Of a DNA stretch of 64,000 bases, positions 52,159 to 61,518 are shown one piece after another. Below the pieces are notes generated by a model. It worked only from the letters and a program-made list of their open reading frames with translations. It had not been told where the DNA came from and did not search any database. Source of the stretch: an uncultured Gemmataceae bacterium (GTDB taxonomy: Bacteria; Planctomycetota; Planctomycetia; Gemmatales; Gemmataceae); the NCBI GenBank assembly GCA_963750165.1, contig CAVVPN010000011.1:1920001-1984000 (forward strand). Reading direction: 5' to 3'. The position numbers were made by a program, and so were the translations under genes. Position 1 is the stretch's first letter, and each line of letters begins with the position of its first letter.

Positions 52159-53958
52159 ATTTCCTCTGCTTGCGCAACAACTGAGCGTCGTAGCGCTCCG
52201 CCTCCTCGACGCTGATGAGGCCGTCACCGTCGGCGTCGATGCGGTTGAACTGCGCACGCGTGCCCAGGAAGTTGCGGAAGGACACGTCGCCGATGCTGTT
52301 GCGGTCCATCTTCTGGAACCACACCGGGCCGCGCACCGTCTTCGGCGGCGGCGGGCTGGCCCGGCCGCCGAGACCCGCCACGACCACGCGGAAGCCGCGG
52401 CTGTTCGGCGAACCGCGCACCACCGTCAGGTGGAACTGCCGCGTGATCTCATCCGGGCTGAGGACGCCGTCGCCGTTTTTGTCCAGCGGCGCCAGCCGCT
52501 CCCAGGCCGTGCGCAGTTCGCGGATCGACAGCCGGCCGTCGCGGTTCACGTCCAGCAGCTGGAACAGCGCCCGCCCGTGGTCCTCCACCGCCAGCGTGGC
52601 GCAGCAGTCGGCGGCGCCCGACTCCAGTTGGGCGTAGGCGTCCACCTCCTGTTTCGTCAGTTTACCGTTGCCGTCGCGGTCCAGCAGCGGGAACTGCTGC
52701 TTCAGGAACTGGCCGGGCGCCCCGGTCGTCCCGTCCAGGTCCTTCAACTCGATGTAGCCCTTGTCAGGTTTGCGTAGGATCCGGAACAGCTGCTGAACCT
52801 GCGCCCGCTGCGGCGCCAGGATGATCTGGGAGCCATTGTCCTGCATTGGGGCGCGGCCGAGGCTTAGCTGAGCGTCGGCCACGGTCAGGCTCAGCACACC
52901 GTTGGCCTCCTTCGTCACCGCCGCGGCCAGCGCCGGCTGCTTGCCCTTGGGCAGCACCAGTTCCGCGGGCAACTCGCCCTTGCGGGCCCCGCCGGCGCGG
53001 AGGGTGAACTCCAGGTCCGGCGCCCGCTTTATCCACGCTCGCAGCTCGTCCAGGTCCACCTGGCCGTCCTGGTTGATGTCCAGCTGGGCGAAGCCGCCTG
53101 GCCCCAGGTCGATGTCCTTCGGGGTGATGTGGTCCATCCCGGGCCGGCGGTAGTGCTTGAACAGCAGCGCCGCCAAGCTGTCCGCGGTGTCGCGCGCCGT
53201 CACCAGGTGGAACGGCACCTTGCCGAGGAGCAGCCGCGGCTGCGGTTGCTGGATCAGTTGCAGTCCCCCGCCGCCAGCCATCACCGGCTGCCCCTGCGCC
53301 GCAGCAGTTCGCCCGTGCTGACCGTCTCGTCGTCATCCAGGTCGAACTGCTTCAGCAGCGCGTCGGCGGCGGCGAAGCTTTTTTCCTTCGTGCCCAGCGC
53401 CGCCTTCGTCAACTTCATGTGCTCGAACAGGGCCTGGCTGACGCGGGCGGAGGTGGTCTGCTGCACGGGCACGTCCGCCAGACGCAGCGCGACGAAGCCG
53501 GCGCGCTCGAAGTGCCCGGCCAGTTCGGCCAGGCTGACCTTGCCGTCCTTGTTGGTGTCCAGTTGCACCAACGTTGGCGCCGGTACGGGGCGGCCGCTCG
53601 AGAAGAAACCCTGCTGCGTCATCTGCTGCAGCGCCTGGACCGATGGCACCAGTTTGGCTTCCGCGGCGTTGAGGAAGCCGTCGCCGTCGCGGTCGAGGTA
53701 GTCGAACCACTGCTTGACGTAAGCGTTACGGTAGGCCAGCGCTGACTTGCCGTCGATGGTTACGTGCAACCGCAGCAGCAGCGGCCGGCGGCCGCTGAAG
53801 AAGACCACATCGATGGCGTCCTGGTTGACGCCGGTCGTGCTTTGCTGGACGGCCGGGGGTGCGATCTGTACCTGCACCTGGCCGCCCGCCGTGGCGGTGG
53901 TTGCCGCCACGGCGGACAGGCAGAGCAGCAGGCCGCACGCGAGTGTGCGGCGTTTCAT
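52157..53958 (-). CDS. Secreted multi-EF-hand protein; apparent frameshift at ~53298
   Basis: Signal peptide; loops DRDGDGFLNAAE, DTNKDGKVSLAE, DLDDDETVSTGE, DINQDGQVDLDE, DRDGNGKLTKQE, DVNRDGRLSIRE, DKNGDGVLSPDE, DADGDGLISVEE. Confidence 0.85.
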
Positions 53959-55316
53959 CCGAGCACCTCCCGGATCGGCATGGCGCCGCGATCCACGACC
54001 GGAATCGGCCGGCCGACATTGGACATGTTCATCAGGTCGGGGTTGACGCCGAGGGTGCGGCAGACGGTGAACAGCAGGTCCTTGACCTCGGTGGGACGGT
54101 CGGCCTGGACGGTCATGCCGTCGGGGCTGGTGCGGCCGACGGCCTGGCCGCCGCGGATGCCGCCGCCGGCGAGCACCACCGACCAGGCGTTCGGGAAGTG
54201 GTCGCGGCCTTGCTGGCCGTTGATGCGCGGCGTGCGGCCGAACTCGCCCATCCAGACGATCAGCGTATCGTTGAGCATGCCGCGCGCCCGCAGGTCCTCC
54301 ATCAGCGTACCCCACGCCGGGTCGAGGATTTCACTCAGGGCGCGCACGGCGTTGAAGTTCTGCTGGTGCGTATCCCAGCCAAGGTTGTTGCCCTGGAAGC
54401 TGCCCAGGTTGACCTCGACGAAGGTCACGCCGCGTTCCACCAGGCGACGGGCCAGCAGACAGCCCTGGCCGAACTGGTTGCGACCGTAAGCGTCACGGGT
54501 GCGGGCCGGCTCCTCATCGAGGTTGAAGGCGGTCTGGGCGCTGGTGCGCATCAGGCGGACGGCCCGGTCGATGGCGGTCATGTGGCTCTGCGGCGACAGG
54601 CCGGGCCGCTGGGCCGCGAAGTCGCGTTCCATCTGCTGCAACAGTTCGATGCGGGCGTTGGCCTGCGCGTTGGTGATCTCCGCGGGGGGCGTCAGGTCCT
54701 GGACGCGCAGCGTCCGTTCGTAATTGTTCTGGCCGTTCACGTTCTGAACGAACGGGTTGTTGTTGTCGGCGACCAGCAGCGGGGCGTACTGCGGCCCCAG
54801 GAAGCCGGGGCCGAACGCCGCTGCGTTGAACACGCGGTACGGCGCGATGCTGACGAAGTTCGGCAGCGGCGCGTCCTCGGCGCCCAGTTCCTTCGACAGA
54901 TACGAACCCATCGTCGGATACTGGATGGGGCCGGTCGGCAGGTAGCCGGTGCGCATCAGGAAGGTGCCGCGGCCGTGGTCGCCTTCACGGGTGCTCATGC
55001 TGCGGATGATGGCCATGTCGTGCATGTTGCGGGCGAGCTTCGGCAGGTGCTCGCTGATGCGGACACCGGGCACGCTGGTCGGAATCTCGCGGAACGGGCC
55101 GCCGTTGGCATGGCCGGGCTTGAGGTCAAAGGTGTCCATCTGGCTGGGGCCGCCGTTCATCCACAACAGGATGCAGGCCTTGTGGCGGCGCGGCGGCTGC
55201 ACGGCGGCCTGGGCGGCGACGCGCTCGATCCAGCCGGACGACGAGTACGCCGCCACACCGGCGGCGCTCAGTGTCAGCAACTCACGACGGGTCAAACGCA
55301 GGGTGGAACGCGCCAT
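53955..55316 (-). CDS. DUF1501 protein with a Tat signal
   Basis: TRRELL Tat motif; ILLWMNGGPSQMDTFDLKP, ARRLVERGV, GWDTH, GEFGRTP, GRDH. Confidence 0.92.
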   Translation of the reverse strand: MARSTLRLTRRELLTLSAAGVAAYSSSGWIERVAAQAAVQPPRRHKACILLWMNGGPSQMDTFDLKPGHANGGPFREIPTSVPGVRISEHLPKLARNMHDMAIIRSMSTREGDHGRGTFLMRTGYLPTGPIQYPTMGSYLSKELGAEDAPLPNFVSIAPYRVFNAAAFGPGFLGPQYAPLLVADNNNPFVQNVNGQNNYERTLRVQDLTPPAEITNAQANARIELLQQMERDFAAQRPGLSPQSHMTAIDRAVRLMRTSAQTAFNLDEEPARTRDAYGRNQFGQGCLLARRLVERGVTFVEVNLGSFQGNNLGWDTHQQNFNAVRALSEILDPAWGTLMEDLRARGMLNDTLIVWMGEFGRTPRINGQQGRDHFPNAWSVVLAGGGIRGGQAVGRTSPDGMTVQADRPTEVKDLLFTVCRTLGVNPDLMNMSNVGRPIPVVDRGAMPIREVLG

Positions 55317-55403
55317 CGTATCGAGTCCTCGCTTTGGAGACGACACGCGCCGGGCTTCGGTCGCGCGCCGTCGTGGGTCAGGGGAAAAGGGTCGCATTTG
55401 TTC

Positions 55404-55424
55404 TTCCGCCGCTTGCGGCAGAAA
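55404..55424. repeat. 21-bp palindrome, family E
   Basis: Identical to 44029-44049. Confidence 0.7.
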
Positions 55425-55431
55425 GAAGACA

Positions 55432-57096
55432 TCAATGGTTCAACCGAAACTCCGAGCTATTGAGCAGCGCCCAGAACACGTCAGCCAGGGCCGCTCGTGG
55501 ATCATTGGTGGTGCCGCCATTGCGGACGTAGGAGGTCAGCTGCTCCGCCTCCTCCGACCGCGGCCGACGGCTGAGCGCGGCCAGGAACAGCGCCTCCACC
55601 TTCTCGGCGTCGCTCAGGAAGAGGGCGTCGGTGATGGCCGCCAGGGTGTTGCTGCGCTCCAGGTGGGTCGCCTCGGAGATGAAGCGGCCGTTCATCAGCG
55701 TCAGCGCCTGCAGGATGGAGGTCTGCGTTTCGGTGCGCTTCTCAGTGCTGGCGAAGCGCGCCAGGAACTCCGCCCGCGCGTTGTTGCCACCGAAGACCTG
55801 CCGCGCCTGATTGTTGCCCCGTTCGCGGTAGCCGGTCGCTTCCACCAGGCTGTCGAACAGCTGCTCCGGCGTCAGGCCGCGCAGGGCCATGCGGCCGAAC
55901 AGCCGCGGATTGTCCTGGCTCTTGTGCGTCCGGGCGCTGGTGCGCTGGTACGTCTTGCTGGCGGTGATCGCCCGGATCAGATACTTCACATCGAACTCGT
56001 GGGCCACGAACTGCCGCGACAACTCCTGCAACAGCTTGGGATGGCTGATCGGGTTCTCGTCGGTCGGCTCGTCGTCCACCGGGTCGTTGATGCCGACGCC
56101 GAGGAAGTGCGCCCAGAGGCGGTTGGCTCCAGTTCGGCTGAAGTACGGGTTCTTCGGGCTGGACACCCAGTCGGCCAGGGTGACGCGCGAATCCACCTTG
56201 TCCTGCCATGTGGGCGCGCTTTTATCCAGGTAGCGCGCCTCGACGACCTTGCCGTCCTCACCGGGCATCCTGAGCGTACGCGGGAACCGATCGATTTGCG
56301 GCTGCTGGACGAGGCGGCCGTTAACGATGCGGCGGCCGTTGTTGCGCTGGGCGCCGGCGAAGAAGGCGGCGAATTCCCAGAACTGCTTCTTCTTCCAGTC
56401 GGTGAATGGGTGGTCGTGACACTGGGCGCACTCCAGGCGGACGCCCAGGAAGGTGCGGGAGGTGGCGCCGGCCAGGTTTTCGGGCTTGAACTCGTTGGCC
56501 TGCACGAACGCCAGCGGCGAGCCGTTGCCGCCGGGTTGCAGGAGTTGCACCGGACGGAGGTTGTTCGCGTTGTTGAGGCCAACGCCCGCGGTGATTAGCG
56601 ACCGCACCATCTGGTCATAAGGCACGTTGCCGCGCACCTGAGATTCCAGCCAGGGCCGGAGTTGCGCCGCGGCGGCGGCTTGCTGCTGGTTGCCGCCGGG
56701 CGGGATGATGATGTTGGTCCAGACGGCGCCGAAATACTTGACGTGATACGGGCTTTCCAGCAGCCGGTCCACGACGCGGCGGCGGCGGTTGGGCGCCTTG
56801 TCGTCGAGGAAGTCGCGCACCTCGCTGACCTTGGGGATACGGCCGATCAGGTCGAGGTAGACGCGGCGCAGGAACTCGGCGTCGTCGGCCAGAGGAGCCG
56901 GGGTGACACCCTTTTCGGTGTAGCGCTCGGCGACGAACTGGTCAATGCGGTTCGCCAGGGCCGCTTCGTCGAGCACGGCGCTGCCTGCCCTGGCGGCAGC
57001 GACGGCCATCACGGGCACCGTGGCCGAGCCGGTCTGCGCCGCCAGCAATAGGCAGCAGACGCTCAGGCCCGGGATCCAGCGACGTGGTTGATGCAT
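55432..57096 (-). CDS. DUF1549 (PSCyt2) + DUF1553 (PSD1) protein
   Basis: DAEFLRRVYLDLIGRIP, FLGVRLECAQCHDHP (CxxCH), NPYF...NRLWAHFLG, SHPKLL, YQR, QALTLMNG, WALLNSSEF. Confidence 0.93.
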   Translation of the reverse strand: MHQPRRWIPGLSVCCLLLAAQTGSATVPVMAVAAARAGSAVLDEAALANRIDQFVAERYTEKGVTPAPLADDAEFLRRVYLDLIGRIPKVSEVRDFLDDKAPNRRRRVVDRLLESPYHVKYFGAVWTNIIIPPGGNQQQAAAAAQLRPWLESQVRGNVPYDQMVRSLITAGVGLNNANNLRPVQLLQPGGNGSPLAFVQANEFKPENLAGATSRTFLGVRLECAQCHDHPFTDWKKKQFWEFAAFFAGAQRNNGRRIVNGRLVQQPQIDRFPRTLRMPGEDGKVVEARYLDKSAPTWQDKVDSRVTLADWVSSPKNPYFSRTGANRLWAHFLGVGINDPVDDEPTDENPISHPKLLQELSRQFVAHEFDVKYLIRAITASKTYQRTSARTHKSQDNPRLFGRMALRGLTPEQLFDSLVEATGYRERGNNQARQVFGGNNARAEFLARFASTEKRTETQTSILQALTLMNGRFISEATHLERSNTLAAITDALFLSDAEKVEALFLAALSRRPRSEEAEQLTSYVRNGGTTNDPRAALADVFWALLNSSEFRLNH

Positions 57097-57227
57097 GACG
57101 CCCCCCTTCCAACGGGTTCCTTGGGACGCTGATTTTGCTGAGGCGCGATCGCGGAAGCGGGGTTCAGAATGGCAGCCCCCGACCTCCGTGTGTGCCGTCC
57201 TGCCATATAAAACTGTCACGGATAGAA

Positions 57228-57257
57228 ATTCTAACAGGGCCGGCGCCTTTGGAGCAA
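57228..57257 (-). promoter_or_regulatory. Putative sigma70 promoter of the DUF1549/1553 operon
   Basis: On the minus strand: TTGCTC, 18-bp spacer, TAGAAT preceded by an extended -10 TGn. Confidence 0.5.
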
Positions 57258-57456
57258 ACCCAATCCTCCGTATGGATGGCATTTACAGGACCGATCCTTC
57301 CCTGGCAACGGGCGGAAGGCGTAGGGTTTTTGCCGGTGGTAGCGGCGCCTGGCCGCGGTTTTTTCGCAGCCGGGACGCCTGCTGCCTTGCACGGTTGGCG
57401 TTCGTGGGAAAAGGTTAGGTGTCGTTTAATCTGTCCGTCACGAGGAGGATGCCGTG

Positions 57457-58245
57457 ATGCTTCGCCGCCTGTTGCTGGGATGCGTGGTGCTGGGCGTTTG
57501 CCCCCTGTGGGCCGCTGCGGCCCAGGCCGACGAGCCCAAGCGTTTTTCCCTGCCGCCCACCACGCCCGTGGCGGCCTTCGACAACCAGACCTTTGCCAAT
57601 CAGATCGCCCAGCACCTGCGCCAAAGCGGGCTGCTCCGCTACTACCTCATCAACGTCTCGGTCCAGGGCGGCGACGTGACCCTGCAGGGTCATGTCGCCG
57701 ACCAGTTCCAGCACGACGCGGCGCTGCGCCTGGTGCAGCGCCTGCCGGGCGTGCAGCGCGTCGTTGATCGGGTGGCGGTGCGCGGCAGCGTGACGCCGGC
57801 GGCCGTCACCCAGGCGCCGTTCAACGAACCCGCCCCGCTGCCCCGAGGGCCCGCGCCGGTCGCGCAGCCGCTGCCCGGCTTGCAGCCACTGCCCGGCTTG
57901 CAGCCACTGCCCGGAGTGCCGCCGACGCCCGTACCGGGGCCGCAGGCGAAAGTGCCCGAGCCGACTCCGATCTTCCAGGCCCCGCCAAGCGGCTCGCCGC
58001 TCGCCCTGCAACCGCCGCCGCTGCCGCCCAACGCCTGGCCCACTTACGCCCCGTACAACAACTACTCGCGCGTCGCCTATCCGACGCTGTACACGCCCAA
58101 CGCCTGGCCGTTCGTCGGTCCCCTGTACCCCTTCCCAAAGGTGCCGCCCGGCTGGCGCAGCGTCCACCTGAATTACTATGACGGCTGCTGGTGGTACGGC
58201 CGGCACGCCACCGGCTATGACTGGTGGCGCATCCGCTACTATTGA
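57457..58245 (+). CDS. Secreted BON-domain protein with a Pro-rich linker and an aromatic C-terminus
   Basis: GAGGAGG upstream; INVSVQGGDVTLQGHV...LPGVQRVVDRV (BON); QPLPG x3. Confidence 0.85.
   Translation: MLRRLLLGCVVLGVCPLWAAAAQADEPKRFSLPPTTPVAAFDNQTFANQIAQHLRQSGLLRYYLINVSVQGGDVTLQGHVADQFQHDAALRLVQRLPGVQRVVDRVAVRGSVTPAAVTQAPFNEPAPLPRGPAPVAQPLPGLQPLPGLQPLPGVPPTPVPGPQAKVPEPTPIFQAPPSGSPLALQPPPLPPNAWPTYAPYNNYSRVAYPTLYTPNAWPFVGPLYPFPKVPPGWRSVHLNYYDGCWWYGRHATGYDWWRIRYY
57865..57914 (+). repeat. In-frame 18-bp tandem repeat (about 2.8 copies, QPLPGL)
   Basis: CAGCCRCTGCCCGGCTTG repeated. Confidence 0.8.
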
Positions 58246-58315
58246 GATCCCTTGGACGCCGCTTGGATCCCTGCTGCTTGCGACGGGGGTCCGAGCGGCG
58301 GGGCCGCCACCAACA

Positions 58316-58936
58316 TCAGGGTAGCACCCCCAGTTCGCGCACCCGGTCATCCGCGATGCCCAGGCAGCGGAATCCGCGCCAGGCCGGCTGGCGCAGCACG
58401 TTGACGCCGGCCGCCTCCGCGCTGAAGGCTGGCAGCACCAACCGCGTCGCGCTGAGCAAATAACAGGGCCACGCCCACCGCCCGTGCCGCACCGCCGGGT
58501 GGACGTGCCCGTGCAGCACCGGGGTCGAGGGCAACTCGCCGTCGCCGTGCAGCACTCGCCAACCGCCCAGGTCCACCCCCGCTTCGCACACCGACAGGCC
58601 CGCGTCCCGCAGTCCCCGCTTGCGGTCGTGGTTCCCCGGAACCAGTTCCAGCACCAGCCCCTGTTGGTCCAGCCAGCGGAGCAGTTCCTCCAGCAACTCG
58701 GGCCGGCAGCCCTCTTCAAACAGGTCGCCCGCCACGACCACGCGCCGCAGGCACTCCGCCGCCTTCACCGCCGCCAGCGGTCGCAGCGCCTCCTCCACGC
58801 CGGACAGCGGGATGGCGTCGCCGCGTTGCCGCCGTGCTGCTGCGTAGCCGAGGTGTACGTCGGCGATCACGGCCGTGGCGGTCGGCCGGTGAACCGCCAC
58901 CCGCTGCGGCGTCAGCATCCAGTCGCCGAGGAGCAT
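58316..58936 (-). CDS. Lhr-associated calcineurin-like metallophosphoesterase (MPE/PdeM-like)
   Basis: ADVHLG, AGDLF, PGNHD, LHGD, GHVHP, LPAFS. Confidence 0.9.
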   Translation of the reverse strand: MLLGDWMLTPQRVAVHRPTATAVIADVHLGYAAARRQRGDAIPLSGVEEALRPLAAVKAAECLRRVVVAGDLFEEGCRPELLEELLRWLDQQGLVLELVPGNHDRKRGLRDAGLSVCEAGVDLGGWRVLHGDGELPSTPVLHGHVHPAVRHGRWAWPCYLLSATRLVLPAFSAEAAGVNVLRQPAWRGFRCLGIADDRVRELGVLP

Positions 58937-58950
58937 GACCGTCCCTTTCG

Positions 58951-61518
58951 TCACCACGAACCTTCCAGTAACTGCCGCTGTAACTGTGCCAGCACCTCGT
59001 CCGCGCCGGGCGGTGCCAGGTCCGGGCCGTCGTTCTGCGTCAGCGCCAGGGCGAACGGCGACGGCCGCGGCAGCCAGCGCAGCCGCACCGGCCGTCGCGC
59101 TACCTGTTCCAGAAACGCCAGGGCCGCGGCGGCGTCGCAGCAATCTTGTTCCAGTTCGCGCCGCGTCTGCCGCAACAGCACGAATTCCGGGTCGCGCTCG
59201 CGCAGCAGTTCCAGCAAGCGCCGCTGCGTCCACGCTGCGCCGCCAACACGGCGGGCGCGGCCGAGAGGGTTGCGCAGCACCATCAACCCCGTCCGCGCCA
59301 CGCGGTCGAAGCGCTGCCGCAGCAGCTCGCTGTCCGCCAGGGCCGCGTGCAAATCCTCCGTGAACCGCTCCGGACTCAACAGCCGCCGCCAGTGCTCCTC
59401 GTCGGCGGTCCCCGCGTGGAGCGAGAGCGTCAACCCCAGGTCCGCCGGCAGCACCTGCAACTGCCGGCCGCTCAGCCGCCGCGTCAGCACCCAGGCCAGG
59501 GCGTCGTTGGCGGATCGGCTCAGCGGCGTGTGCAGGACGTACTCCGACAATACGCCGTGGTCCACTGCCTCGATCAGCAGCGCCTCGTGGTCGGGAATGG
59601 CGCTGACCAGCTCCTGCTGGGCGAAGAACTCCGCCAGCAGTTCCAGCGCCGCGCCGGCCAGGCCGTAGTCGCGGCGCAGCAGCTGCTCCAGAGTGTCGCC
59701 GCCGTGCCGCAGCGCCTCCGCGGCCTGCTGCCGCAGCAGCCACAGGCGCTCGGCGAGCGTGCGGCTCAGCGGCGAGCCGTCGCTGTGCCACCGGGCCGTC
59801 AGCGGCCGGGCGGTCACCTCGTCCGCCCAGACCGTCTCGCGTTCCAGACGGACGAACTGCAGCGAACGGCCGTCGAGCAGGAAGCGGTCGCCCGGGTTCA
59901 GGCGGTCCACGAACGTCGTCTCCAGGGTGCCAAGTGCCGGGCCGTCGCGCAGCCGGACCACGCAGGTCGGCTCGCCGAGGATGGTGCCCAGGTTGCGCCG
60001 CAGAATGCGTAACGTACGGTCGTCCGCCAGGTGGAAGCGGTCGCCCTCCCAGTGCAGCCGGGCCGGCAGCCAGTCCCGGCCGTCCCGATCACGGCCCGAC
60101 AGGTACTCCAGACAGTCAGCGAAGTCGGCGTCACTCAGGTTGCGGAACGGCCAGGCGCGGCGCACCAGCGCCAGCGCGCGGCCGCGCTCCACGCCCTCGG
60201 CGTGCTGCGCGGCCAGGCTCAGCAGTTGCTGGCAGAGCACGTCGAGCGGCTGTTCGGGGACCAGCAGGGGATCCCACTGAGCCGTTTGCGCCGACGCGGC
60301 GGTGACGGTCGCTTCAAGCAGTTCGGCGGTGGTGCGTGCCAGGACGAGGCCGCGCTTGACGGCCCCGGGCTCGTGGCCGGAGCGACCAATGCGCTGCAAC
60401 AGCCGGGCGACGCCACCGCTGCCGCCGAGGATCACGACCTGATCGACACGCGGCAAATCAACGCCGAGTTCCAGGCTGCCGGTGCAGAAGACCGCCCGCA
60501 GCCGGCCGAGCTTGACCGCTTCCTCGACCGCCCGCCGCCGCGCCGCCGACAGCGAGCCGTGGTGGACGCCGAGCGCCGCGGCCCAGTGCGGCCACAGCCG
60601 TCGTGCCTGGAACAGCAGCCGCTCTGCCACCGCGCGCGACGGCGCGAACACCAGCACGCAACGGTGGCGGTCCAGTTCCGGCTCCAGCCGCCGCAGCGCG
60701 TGCGGCACCAGGCCGAACGCGGAGGCGGCACCGGCCAGCGACTCAACGCGCACCTCCAGCGTGACCTGCGGCGGCACCAGGGCGAGGTCACAACCGCGGC
60801 CGACGCCGACCAGGAAACGGGCCGCCTCGGTCAGCGGCGCACAGGTGGCGCTCAGGCCGACACGCAGCGGCGGCACCGCGGCGATCACGGCCAGGCGCTC
60901 CAGGCTGACGGCGAGATCGACGCCGCGCTTGCCGGCCGCGAGCTGGTGGACCTCATCGACGACGACGGCACGCAGCGGCGCGAACAGGCCCGCGGCGTCG
61001 GGGTGCGACAGCAGCAGCGTCAGGCTCTCGGGCGTGGTCAGCAGCAGGTCCGGCGGCTCGTCCCAGAGGCGGCGGCGCTGGGCGGCAGTGCTGTCGCCGG
61101 AACGCAGGGACACGCGCAACGGCGGTCGGGCGTCGTGGCGCAGGGCGTCGAGTTCGCGCAGGGCCAGGCGCAGGGTGCGCAGCATGTCCTGGCACAGCGC
61201 CCGCAGCGGGGCGACATACAGTGCCTGGACACCGGCGGTGGGCGGGCTGTGCAGCAGGCGGTCGAGGAGCGGGGCGAAGGCGGCAAGCGTTTTGCCGCTG
61301 CCAGTCGGGGCGGACAGCAGGACGTGACGGCCGGCGGCCACGCTCGGCCAGCACAAACGCTGGCCGAGCGTCGGCCCGGCGTGGCGGCCGTGGAACCAGC
61401 GGCGCAGCAGCGGCGACAGGCGGCGCAGCGCCTCGGACGCGGCGGGCGGCTGGGTCAGATAGGTCAGGGCCTCCTGCACAAGCGGACCTTTCCAGGGCGA
61501 AGTCGATGACTCGTTCAC
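58951..61518 (-). CDS. lhr: Lhr-family DEAD/DEAH-box helicase (Lhr-Core length)
   Basis: APTGSGKT, TTPESL, VDEVH, GLSAT, HHGSLS, SLELGVD, QRIGRSGH, PLDVLCQQ, NLGTI; probable GTG start overlaps the upstream stop. Confidence 0.9.
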   Translation of the reverse strand: MNESSTSPWKGPLVQEALTYLTQPPAASEALRRLSPLLRRWFHGRHAGPTLGQRLCWPSVAAGRHVLLSAPTGSGKTLAAFAPLLDRLLHSPPTAGVQALYVAPLRALCQDMLRTLRLALRELDALRHDARPPLRVSLRSGDSTAAQRRRLWDEPPDLLLTTPESLTLLLSHPDAAGLFAPLRAVVVDEVHQLAAGKRGVDLAVSLERLAVIAAVPPLRVGLSATCAPLTEAARFLVGVGRGCDLALVPPQVTLEVRVESLAGAASAFGLVPHALRRLEPELDRHRCVLVFAPSRAVAERLLFQARRLWPHWAAALGVHHGSLSAARRRAVEEAVKLGRLRAVFCTGSLELGVDLPRVDQVVILGGSGGVARLLQRIGRSGHEPGAVKRGLVLARTTAELLEATVTAASAQTAQWDPLLVPEQPLDVLCQQLLSLAAQHAEGVERGRALALVRRAWPFRNLSDADFADCLEYLSGRDRDGRDWLPARLHWEGDRFHLADDRTLRILRRNLGTILGEPTCVVRLRDGPALGTLETTFVDRLNPGDRFLLDGRSLQFVRLERETVWADEVTARPLTARWHSDGSPLSRTLAERLWLLRQQAAEALRHGGDTLEQLLRRDYGLAGAALELLAEFFAQQELVSAIPDHEALLIEAVDHGVLSEYVLHTPLSRSANDALAWVLTRRLSGRQLQVLPADLGLTLSLHAGTADEEHWRRLLSPERFTEDLHAALADSELLRQRFDRVARTGLMVLRNPLGRARRVGGAAWTQRRLLELLRERDPEFVLLRQTRRELEQDCCDAAAALAFLEQVARRPVRLRWLPRPSPFALALTQNDGPDLAPPGADEVLAQLQRQLLEGSW

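Noticed and set aside
58316..61518. Helicase + nuclease as a new anti-phage system
   Set aside because: Better explained by the known Lhr/MPE repair pair; composition looks native and there is no defence-island context.
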